This document shows, one piece after another, positions 56,698-64,000 of a stretch of DNA of 64,000 nucleotides; position 1 is the stretch's first letter; each line of letters starts with the position of its first letter. Origin of the DNA: a virus (lineage: Duplodnaviria; Caudoviricetes); IMG/VR virus record IMGVR_UViG_3300049926_000042, positions 1 through 64,000 of that record; one strand, 5' to 3'. The notes under the pieces are model-generated. The model was not told the DNA's origin. It searched no databases and was given only the letters and a program-made list of their open reading frames with translations. Position numbers and translations under genes: made by a program.

Positions 56698-56781
56698 GTT
56701 CCTGGATAGCTCAACATGGCAGAGCGCCGCTGGGGCCGCACCCTGGGGGACGAAGCGGGTTCGAGACCTGCTCCAGGAGCT
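56698..56781 (+). ncRNA. tRNA-like element with extended acceptor stem and no clear anticodon
   Basis: GTTCCTGGA/TCCAGGAGC 9-bp stem, D arm GCTC-AACATGGCA-GAGC, T arm GCGGG-TTCGAGA-CCTGC; the central arm is non-canonical. Confidence 0.55.
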
Positions 56782-56831
56782 TCGGCCGGTCAAGATCGTC
56801 TTGGCCGGTCAACATCAAACTAAGGAAGATC

Positions 56832-57323
56832 ATGAGCAGGACCAAAGACCAGGCCAGCCGGATAGCGCTCGCCTCCATAGCAGCCGTCGCGGTCCTGCTG
56901 TGCATCTTCGTGTTCGCCGCATGCGGAACCACCACTACTCCGGGGTCTTCATCGGTCAGCGGGAGTCCGAGTACGTCGGCACCGGCCGAAACGATCAGTT
57001 CCCCCAAGAAGGATGTCGCCGACTGGTACGCCACCGTCGGGCCCGACGTCGACACCTTCATCGCCGATCTGGAGGCCGGAGACTACAGCCACGCCGGTCT
57101 CACCCAGATGATCGCTGATGTCCACGCCCTGCAAGTCGATCCGCCGTTCCCCGCGAGCGCTCCGTTCTCCGTCCAACAGTCCTGGAGCAATGCCCTAGAC
57201 GACTTCAAAACCGGACTGGTGGCCGCACAGAACGGCGATCAGGAGACCGGGGCATCCAAGCTCATGGACGGCACCAGCGAGCTATCGGCGGTGACCGACT
57301 ACGTCAACAGCCTGAACACCTGA
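56832..57323 (+). CDS. predicted lipoprotein
   Basis: Signal peptide ending VFAA|C, then S/T-rich linker and helical domain. Confidence 0.7.
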   Translation: MSRTKDQASRIALASIAAVAVLLCIFVFAACGTTTTPGSSSVSGSPSTSAPAETISSPKKDVADWYATVGPDVDTFIADLEAGDYSHAGLTQMIADVHALQVDPPFPASAPFSVQQSWSNALDDFKTGLVAAQNGDQETGASKLMDGTSELSAVTDYVNSLNT

Positions 57324-57331
57324 GCAAGAAA

Positions 57332-57378
57332 GAGCCGCTGTCCCTGGCCTGAGCCGGGGACAGCGGCTTTTTCTTTTT
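57332..57378 (+). terminator. rho-independent terminator
   Basis: AGCCGCTGTCCCTGGC-CTGA-GCCGGGGACAGCGGCT followed by a T tract. Confidence 0.85.
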
Positions 57379-57430
57379 GTCAAGAGGGAGGATGGTTGTA
57401 CAAAACTACGAGCGCTGAAAGGGGGCCTGT

Positions 57431-57859
57431 ATGGACAGCCTCTGGTCAGCGATCCGAACAGACTGGCACGAAAATGCCGCTTGCTTCGGGACATTCAACC
57501 CGATCTTCATGCCAGCAGTGGAGACGGATGCCCTCCTGGAGACCGTCCGCAGCCTGTTCTGCGATCACTGCCCGGTCAGAGCCAAATGCCTCAACTCAGC
57601 ATTGATCAACAACGACACCGGATTCTGGGGTGGCACATCCACCGAGATCCGGCAGGCGATGAAGCGCAAGCGTCACAGAGCCAAGTGCCCGGCCTGCCTG
57701 AGCATCCGGCTCGTGATCATCGATGAGGACGAGACCGACAACGTCTCGCCCTATGAGGTCTGTCTCGCCTGTGGCGCGTCCTGGAAGGGCGAGTCACACC
57801 CGGCACCGGCCACGGTTCAAGAGCCACCTACCGTGGAGGCCGAACTCTCATGTGCATGA
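57431..57859 (+). CDS. whiB: WhiB-family Fe-S transcription factor with C-terminal Zn ribbon
   Basis: W..NAAC...FCDHCPVRAKC...GFWGGTS; extra CPAC..CLAC. TTGTCA-N18-TACAAA upstream. Confidence 0.9.
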   Translation: MDSLWSAIRTDWHENAACFGTFNPIFMPAVETDALLETVRSLFCDHCPVRAKCLNSALINNDTGFWGGTSTEIRQAMKRKRHRAKCPACLSIRLVIIDEDETDNVSPYEVCLACGASWKGESHPAPATVQEPPTVEAELSCA

Positions 57860-58050
57860 CCCTCGAAGAACTGTCCGATCACACCGCCAACGTCCGAGCC
57901 TGCCTCGACGCCAAGCGTCACCAGCTGGCCGATCTCGACCCGGCCACGGCAGCCGTCGTGACTTCTCAGATCAAAGCTCTGACTCCCCGGGTAGCAGAGC
58001 TGGAAGCCGCCTGCGATGCTCTCAGGCGGCTTCCCGTTGTGGCTGCTTAG
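57850..58050 (+). CDS. small coiled-coil hypothetical protein
   Basis: Last plus-strand ORF, convergent with the GT gene. Confidence 0.5.
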   Translation: MCMTLEELSDHTANVRACLDAKRHQLADLDPATAAVVTSQIKALTPRVAELEAACDALRRLPVVAA

Positions 58051-59150
58051 ACCACTATGCGTGACTTCTCCCGGCCGTGCTGGAGCGCGTATGCGTACTC
58101 CCAAGCATCAAGCCAGCGCCAGGCATTCGGTTCCAGCCGGAGACCGTCGGCCACGACACGCCCTCGCTGCGCCAAGTCCTCGCGCAGCTCCGGGCTTTCC
58201 TTCAGTCTCTTGATCGCCTGATACCAGCGACGGGGAGTGTCGGCCAGGATGCCGCACCCGCGCCGGTGCATCCGTTCGTACTCTGCTCGCGGGCTGCCGA
58301 TCCATGGCACACCGAGTGCGCTCAGCTCCAGTGGCTTGAGCCATGACTTGGCCGCGTTGAACTTCGTATCAGCCAGTGGGCACAGTCCGATGCCCAGCTC
58401 AGCCACCGCACCCGGCCACTGGTCGACACCGACCGGATCATGGCCCATTGGGTCTGTGGCGAGCCCGAAGGCTGCTCCGCATCCGGTTGCATCACCTATG
58501 ACCTGAAAGCCGCCAGGGCCCCCGCCAAACCGCGCCACGGCCCCGCCAAGCACGGAGGGGTCGTCCGGGTGTGAGCCCAGATTGGCAGGCCAGCCCACCA
58601 GATCGCTGTCGGTGTGTGGTACGCCGTAGTAGTGCTTCGGCAGATGGTTGTAGATCACTCGCCCACGGCCGTGTCTGGCATAGACGTCGAGCAGAGCAGG
58701 CGTCGAGACCGTGACGAGAGTTGCCTCTCGGCAGGACGCGGACAGATTCAGCCAGCTGTTGCGGCTGTAGCTTCCGGTCTGCCGGTTGCGCCTCCATTCA
58801 TTCTTCGGGTGATAGCCGTCGTACGCCGGGTTCCGGGGGTTGATCCGGGTGAGGTCGTCGTCGATGTCGACGACAACCGCGATCCCCTTCGCCCTCATGA
58901 TCGGGATGGCCTCGGTCATCCACCGGTGGGTGATCCGCTGGAACACGACCACGTCGGCATCCATATCCAGGACGTCCTCGACATAGGCAGCCTTGTCGTT
59001 CTGGCTACCGGCGATCTTCAGCTTGATGTCACGCCGGTCAGGGGTGCGAAGCTCGACCTTGTGGCCCTGCTCGATCAGTGCCTCGCTCGGCCAGATCATG
59101 CGGAAGCTGCCACATCCGGTACTGTCGGCCGGATAGACCGTGATCTTCAC
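58047..59150 (-). CDS. glycosyltransferase, GT-B fold (GT4-like)
   Basis: GCGSFR..WP, VVFQR, VVDIDD, TVSTPAL, N.AKS.LK.LE.SALG.P motifs. Confidence 0.85.
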   Translation of the reverse strand: MKITVYPADSTGCGSFRMIWPSEALIEQGHKVELRTPDRRDIKLKIAGSQNDKAAYVEDVLDMDADVVVFQRITHRWMTEAIPIMRAKGIAVVVDIDDDLTRINPRNPAYDGYHPKNEWRRNRQTGSYSRNSWLNLSASCREATLVTVSTPALLDVYARHGRGRVIYNHLPKHYYGVPHTDSDLVGWPANLGSHPDDPSVLGGAVARFGGGPGGFQVIGDATGCGAAFGLATDPMGHDPVGVDQWPGAVAELGIGLCPLADTKFNAAKSWLKPLELSALGVPWIGSPRAEYERMHRRGCGILADTPRRWYQAIKRLKESPELREDLAQRGRVVADGLRLEPNAWRWLDAWEYAYALQHGREKSRIVV

Positions 59151-59377
59151 TTGCCGGACGTCCCGGCCTTGCCGGTAGCGGAGCCTGCGCGAGCGGTCGT
59201 CGACTGCCCACGGGGAGTAGCGGCAACTGCCGGTGCCTGTGCCTTCTCCAGCGCGCCGACGCGGATGGCGAGATCGTCGACCTTCTTCTCCAGTGCCTTG
59301 ATCCGGCCGTTGATCCGGTCGTCCAGGACGGCGAGACCGGCCGCCAGGGCTTGCTCGAACTGCGCGTACAGGGACAT
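59147..59377 (-). CDS. small coiled-coil protein
   Basis: Located after the endolysin and coupled to the GT gene. Confidence 0.55.
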   Translation of the reverse strand: MSLYAQFEQALAAGLAVLDDRINGRIKALEKKVDDLAIRVGALEKAQAPAVAATPRGQSTTARAGSATGKAGTSGK

Positions 59378-59379
59378 GA

Positions 59380-60300
59380 TCAGGGGCCTTCCGTGACGGT
59401 GATGTTGAGCTTGAGGGTCTCCAGCTTGGCGGCGATCTCCGCCGGAAGCTGGGAGAGATCGATGGCCGCGAGCGTCGCCTTGATCTCGGTGAGCGAAGAT
59501 CCGTTCATGGCGGCTTGCGCGAGAGTGTCCCTGGCGGCCTGCTCGGCTGCACTGGCCAGGTCGTACGCACCTCGCAGAACGTTGCGCGGGAGTTGGTTGG
59601 CGTTGGTCAGCTTGTCCGGAGCAGTGTCCGGAGCGGGCATCCTGTCCTGATCCCAGACCTGGCTGTAGACCAGTGCCTTGATCTTCGCGTCCACGATCTT
59701 GTTGACCTCTGCGGAAAACCACGTCTTGTCCGCCGGTGTGAGCGCCACGTCGTCTATCCCTCCAGCCCATGCGAGCATGCTGGCCCGCGAGTCGAATTGT
59801 GCCACGTCGTGATCGATGCCACCGGCTGTCGAGTACTGGTGGAGCAGCCACGCCGAAGTGATGTTGGGTGATCCGGCCGGATATCCGGCGGTCGCGATCC
59901 ACAGGCCGTCACCGGCGAAACTGCTCCGGTCGAGGCTCTTCCAGAAGTAGCCGTTGCAGTAGAGCACGACTCGATGGCCGGTGCGCCCCTGTACGTAGGA
60001 GATCCACGCGTCCTTTTCGGCACTGGACACGCCGGTGTCTTCCCAGTCCAGACAGAGGACGTCTCCCGGGGAGAGAGCCACCTGCGACAGCATGTGATCA
60101 GCCTGACTGATCATGTTGCCGGGCCGGACGAAGTGATAGAAGCCGATCACCAGTCCTGCGTCACGGCCGGTCTGCCGTTGCTGAACCCACTTCGGGTTGA
60201 CGTACGACGTACCCTCGGTCAGCTTGATGAACACGAAGTCGATGCCGGATTCCCAGCCGGACGCCGCCTGATAGTTGGAGACATCCACTCCCTTGATCAT
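59380..60300 (-). CDS. lysA: endolysin, GH25 muramidase
   Basis: GVDVSNYQ, FVFIKLTEG, GFYHF, CLDWE, LWIA, LHQYS...IDHD motifs. Confidence 0.92.
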   Translation of the reverse strand: MIKGVDVSNYQAASGWESGIDFVFIKLTEGTSYVNPKWVQQRQTGRDAGLVIGFYHFVRPGNMISQADHMLSQVALSPGDVLCLDWEDTGVSSAEKDAWISYVQGRTGHRVVLYCNGYFWKSLDRSSFAGDGLWIATAGYPAGSPNITSAWLLHQYSTAGGIDHDVAQFDSRASMLAWAGGIDDVALTPADKTWFSAEVNKIVDAKIKALVYSQVWDQDRMPAPDTAPDKLTNANQLPRNVLRGAYDLASAAEQAARDTLAQAAMNGSSLTEIKATLAAIDLSQLPAEIAAKLETLKLNITVTEGP

Positions 60301-60309
60301 GACCTCTCC

Positions 60310-60855
60310 TCAGAACGGGATGACGTGGATCGAGCGGAAGGTGTAGGTGGCCGTTCCCGAGCTGGCCGCGTACTTCGCCTTGAAGGTGTTGTTCCCCGGA
60401 GTGAGAGAAGTGGTCCGGAACCAGCGGGACGTATAGATCGCGAACGTCGTGGTTCCAGGGTTGACCATACCGGCCGCCCACGTGTCCGATGCCGCAATCG
60501 TCGTCGCTCCGGACACCTCCCAAGACATCTTCGTACTTGGGGTGGCCACTGTGTTCGGGCCAATACGCCCTCCCACAATCACCAGGGCAATGGTGCCGGT
60601 GGCGCACGTCACCGATGGGCCGGGAGTGGCAGGATCGGCGTAGGTGGCTGACGTCACGGTCTCGCCGGTGGCGACGGTGGCCGTGGCCGGGAGACGCTCC
60701 ACTACCGCGTTGGCAGCTGAGGTGACTGGGAAGCTACCCGGCGTCAAGCAGGCAGCAGCCTCCGACACGAGCAGATTGTCCCGGATGTACTGGTTGAACT
60801 GAGCTGCCGAGACCATGCTTCCGGAGATCGCCGTGTACGGAGATGTCCAGGCCAT
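60310..60855 (-). CDS. minor tail protein, paralog A
   Basis: MAWTSP..A..G...AAQFNQY.RDNL N-terminus shared by three genes; Ser/Thr-rich beta domain. Confidence 0.7.
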   Translation of the reverse strand: MAWTSPYTAISGSMVSAAQFNQYIRDNLLVSEAAACLTPGSFPVTSAANAVVERLPATATVATGETVTSATYADPATPGPSVTCATGTIALVIVGGRIGPNTVATPSTKMSWEVSGATTIAASDTWAAGMVNPGTTTFAIYTSRWFRTTSLTPGNNTFKAKYAASSGTATYTFRSIHVIPF

Positions 60856-60867
60856 GTGATCACCCCC

Positions 60868-61419
60868 TCAGAACGGCAAGACGTTGATGTTACGGACGCT
60901 GTAGGTGCCGGTGCCGGAACTGACCGAGTACTTGGCGGTGAAGGTGTTCAGGCCAGGAGTCAGACCGGTGGCCAGGTACGTCCGGCAGGTGTACACGACC
61001 ATGGTTGTCGTGCCGGAGTTGACTTGTCCGGCCGCCCAGTCGTCGGCCGCCGTGATGGACGATGCCCCGCTGATCTCCCAGCTCATCTTCGTGCTCGGAG
61101 TGGCGACAGTGTTCGGGCCGATGCGGCCTCCGACGGTGACCAGAGCAGTGCTGCCGGTAGACAGAGTGACGGTCGGTCCGGCGATCCCATCGTCCAGGTC
61201 GGTGTAACTGGTGGACGAGGTGACGGAAGACGCGTTGAGAGTCTGCTGACCGATCAGCCGTTCCACGATCTGATTGGTCCCGGCCGTGACGAAGTATCCA
61301 CCGATATTGGCCGCGTGCGCCACGGCTGTCTCGTTCAGGTTGTCCCTGACGTAGGTGTTGTACTGAGCGGCCGTGAAGACGCTACCGGCCACCGCCGTCA
61401 TGGGAGCAGTCCATGCCAT
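60868..61419 (-). CDS. minor tail protein, paralog B
   Basis: MAWTAPMTAVAG..AAQYN.YVRDNL; shares GGRIGPNTVATPSTKMSWE exactly with paralog A. Confidence 0.7.
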   Translation of the reverse strand: MAWTAPMTAVAGSVFTAAQYNTYVRDNLNETAVAHAANIGGYFVTAGTNQIVERLIGQQTLNASSVTSSTSYTDLDDGIAGPTVTLSTGSTALVTVGGRIGPNTVATPSTKMSWEISGASSITAADDWAAGQVNSGTTTMVVYTCRTYLATGLTPGLNTFTAKYSVSSGTGTYSVRNINVLPF

Positions 61420-61425
61420 GATCAG

Positions 61426-61722
61426 TCACCCCAGATCCGGCTGTTGGGTGACACCCTCGTCGTTGTCCCCGGGAGCAGGGACGAAGCCAGGCTGCCGCTT
61501 GTAGATCGCATTCCGGGTGGCGGTCATGGTCGCCTGGAGAGCCACGTCAGTGGTGACTCCGGCGTCCACCAGAGTCTTGAGGATCACAGCCGTGGTCAGA
61601 TCGATGGACAGGACAATCGCCCGCTGTTCAAGCGGACCCCGGGCGAGGTCGGACCCGAGCTGTCTGGCGATGAACTGCTGAGCGTCCCAGAGCTGATTGA
61701 CATAGGCGCGAATGGTGGCCAT
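61426..61722 (-). CDS. hypothetical protein (tail region)
   Basis: GAGGG RBS; within the tail operon. Confidence 0.55.
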   Translation of the reverse strand: MATIRAYVNQLWDAQQFIARQLGSDLARGPLEQRAIVLSIDLTTAVILKTLVDAGVTTDVALQATMTATRNAIYKRQPGFVPAPGDNDEGVTQQPDLG

Positions 61723-61732
61723 GTTCCACCCT

Positions 61733-62011
61733 CTACGAGATGTAAGAGCCCTCTACGAAAGTGGCTCGGACGGTGTAGTCGGACGGATCATGAGTGCTGG
61801 CTGAAACGACGAACGTAACGGAGGACGGATCCACCGATACGGTCAATAGCTGCGCTCCCCCACTTACGAAGGGGACGCTCGTACTCACCAAATTCCCACT
61901 CACCGGGACATACCCTGCGGGTGCGTTGATCGTCACGGTCCCTGTTGAGGACACCAGATATCCCGGAAGCGTCTCTGTCGCATCGAGACTGGTCACACGG
62001 GCGAGCTTCAT
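61733..62011 (-). CDS. small beta-rich tail-associated protein
   Basis: Ser/Thr/Val-rich; within the tail operon. Confidence 0.55.
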   Translation of the reverse strand: MKLARVTSLDATETLPGYLVSSTGTVTINAPAGYVPVSGNLVSTSVPFVSGGAQLLTVSVDPSSVTFVVSASTHDPSDYTVRATFVEGSYIS

Positions 62012-62021
62012 TGCGATCTCC

Positions 62022-62561
62022 TTACAGAGGGATGACGTTGATCTCTCGGAGCTGGAATCCGGCTGTGTTGGATCCGGCCCGGTACTTCATGGTGAAGGTG
62101 TTGGACCCGGCGGTCAGTCCGGTGAAGGTGTGCAAGGTCCCGACCCGGATGTACTGACTGATGGGCAGGCCGTCCACGGACGCCTGCCAGTTGTTGCTGG
62201 CCGCGACGGAGGACACCCCCGACACGGCGACCGAGCAGGCCGCCTCGCTGTTGGCGGTGGTGTTGGACATGCTCGCGGCGATGGACACGATGGCGATGGT
62301 GCCGGTGTTCACCGTGAACGACGGCCCGACCGTGGTCAGGTCTGTGTACGTGGTGGACGCCGTTGTCTGGAGGGTGACCACACTCGCACTGCCCGGAGCC
62401 CTGGCGACGATAGCGTTCGCCGCTGTACTGATGAACATCTGTGATGCCGCCGTGGCCTTGGCCGTCGGGCACTCGTTGAGGTTGTCCCGGACGTACTGAT
62501 TGAACTGGGCGGCCGTGAATGTCGCCCCGGCTACTGCCGTCATCGGACTGGACCATGCCAT
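62022..62561 (-). CDS. minor tail protein, paralog C
   Basis: MAWSSPMTAVAG..AAQFNQYVRDNL. Confidence 0.7.
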   Translation of the reverse strand: MAWSSPMTAVAGATFTAAQFNQYVRDNLNECPTAKATAASQMFISTAANAIVARAPGSASVVTLQTTASTTYTDLTTVGPSFTVNTGTIAIVSIAASMSNTTANSEAACSVAVSGVSSVAASNNWQASVDGLPISQYIRVGTLHTFTGLTAGSNTFTMKYRAGSNTAGFQLREINVIPL

Positions 62562-62565
62562 GTCG

Positions 62566-62928
62566 TCACACCTCCAGTCCGTGTGCTTCGTTTTCGGCCT
62601 TCAGGTCATCGATTGTCTGACCGTGGGGGATGCGGAACCGGGTGGCAACATCGTGGTCGGCCGGATACCAGTTGCGGTTGTCAGGCACCGGCCGCTTCAT
62701 GAGGACGTCCAGGGCCCGGACCATGAAGTCCTGCGGAGGCCACTCGATCGTTCCCTGCATCCCGCAGTAGGAGCACATATAGAAAGGCCTGGGCTGGATT
62801 CGGGGCCCGTTGGGGACGACCGGCATCCACAAGAACTCGACGTTGGCGCAGCCCTCGCGGGGGCAGTCGCCGACCCACTCACCGCAGTAGATGTAGGCCT
62901 GCGTCCTCGGTGTCAGTATCTCGGTCAT
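62566..62928 (-). CDS. Cys-rich tail-region protein
   Basis: W..DCP..GC.N...CSYC...RP.P..RNW.P..T..DL.AEN.AHG pattern. Confidence 0.65.
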   Translation of the reverse strand: MTEILTPRTQAYIYCGEWVGDCPREGCANVEFLWMPVVPNGPRIQPRPFYMCSYCGMQGTIEWPPQDFMVRALDVLMKRPVPDNRNWYPADHDVATRFRIPHGQTIDDLKAENEAHGLEV

Positions 62929-62935
62929 GACTCCC

Positions 62936-64000
62936 TCACGTCCCGTATAGGCCGTAGTCGAAACGGCCCTGGTTGGGGTCGTCAAAGATGAAGACGGTTC
63001 CCGGCCCGTCAGAGGTGATCGGGTCGAACACACCTTGATCGAACCCGGACCCCTTGACGTCGAACCGGAAGGGATTCGCGTTGATCACGAGTTCCTTCTC
63101 ACAGCCGAAGACCACGGAATGGATCGGTGGCTTCCCCGTCTGATTGAGCCGATCGATTCTGTGGGTGATCTGCTCGATGAAAAAGTCGTCATTGATCAAC
63201 ATCTCATCGTTGCGGATGTGGATCCGGTCGGAGATCATCCGGTTGACGATATGGGCGAAATGCTCCGGGTCGTTAGCTGTCAGTCTGAGCTGGACGGTAG
63301 GCCGTCGTTGTGCGTAATGAAGAATGATCATTCCAGCGATGGCGTAAGCATCCTGAGCGTTGGCCCATGGGGCAGTGTTCGGGTAGGAACGCTCGCCGTG
63401 ATCAGTGATGGACCCAGCGTCGGTCCGAGTGACCTTCGTTGTCCGCCTGACCGGAATGGCTTGCGCCCGGAGCTGAAGGTTGGAAACCGTCACTGCTCCG
63501 CCGATGGCCAGGAGAGTCAACGTCACCGACTGTCCGGACGTCCGGGACATGATGATGTTGAGTGTTCCAGCTCCAGTGATCGTGTAGTCGGTGTTCAGTA
63601 CTGGGGTCACGGCATTGATGAACGGGTCAGAGCCGGAGGCGTCGAGGACCCTGGACTCTCCGATGGCCAAGGCGATCGTGTCGTCCGACGTCCAGACGGA
63701 GGACAAGAACGCGTCGGGGGATCGCTCGGCCACGTCGAAACTGACGGAGTTGACGATGTCTCTCCACCCGTGCTGATAGTCGAACGGAGGGGTGAAGCTC
63801 AGGCCGGTGGGAGCAGCAGACGTGCAGTCCCCGAGAGCCTTGGACGAGAACGATCCCTGAGAGTTGATCGAGGGGGTCCGCAGGATTCGATGGTGCCTGT
63901 CTCGGAAGACGAATGTGTTGTCCGGCGAGACATAGGCGATCGATGGCGGTCCCTCGGACAGGACGAGATCCTGTATCGCGCTGAAGGCGCTCGTACCCTC
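62936..64000 (-). CDS. minor tail protein, C-terminal part (runs off the window)
   Basis: The frame stays open to position 64000 (EGTSAFSAIQDLVLSEG..FVFRDRHHR..IVNSV), a baseplate-hub-like pattern; upstream of the tail paralogs. Confidence 0.75.
   Translation of the reverse strand, partial: EGTSAFSAIQDLVLSEGPPSIAYVSPDNTFVFRDRHHRILRTPSINSQGSFSSKALGDCTSAAPTGLSFTPPFDYQHGWRDIVNSVSFDVAERSPDAFLSSVWTSDDTIALAIGESRVLDASGSDPFINAVTPVLNTDYTITGAGTLNIIMSRTSGQSVTLTLLAIGGAVTVSNLQLRAQAIPVRRTTKVTRTDAGSITDHGERSYPNTAPWANAQDAYAIAGMIILHYAQRRPTVQLRLTANDPEHFAHIVNRMISDRIHIRNDEMLINDDFFIEQITHRIDRLNQTGKPPIHSVVFGCEKELVINANPFRFDVKGSGFDQGVFDPITSDGPGTVFIFDDPNQGRFDYGLYGT

Overview
High-GC window that reads as most of the genome of a tailed actinobacteriophage. 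The host is probably Streptomyces or another filamentous actinomycete, inferred from the DUF397, WhiB, Rpf and TraB/Spd cargo. Layout: (1) 1-17069, mostly minus strand: TROVE/Ro60 start, HNH, three Y-RNA-like ncRNAs, holin-like protein, TerL, Rpf-NlpC/P60-LysM, RmlB-like dehydratase, C1 peptidase, TerS-like HTH, a ParB/GNAT/ABC-GNAT/CoA-transferase cluster and a primase-helicase. (2) 17145-58050, plus strand: a TIGR-Tas-like RNA-guided locus, PolA, RuvC, DUF397, a SNF2-Cas4 fusion, Sak4, SSB, ParB-like genes, a nucleotide-sugar/glycosyltransferase cluster, a Streptomyces-plasmid-type TraB/Spd module with clt-like repeats, many small genes, tRNAs and tRNA-like elements, and WhiB. (3) 58047-64000, minus strand: glycosyltransferase, GH25 endolysin and minor tail genes. 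The strongest signal is a nuclease-less Nop-domain (TasA-like) gene with 12 stem-loop units of invariant geometry, stem-CCA-N9-(C/T)G-N4-CCA-N9-(C/T)G-stem. Two units lie in-frame inside the gene and one is an orphan about 4.5 kb away. No integrase, portal or capsid gene is in the window. All protein calls come from motif recognition by eye; no database searches were run.
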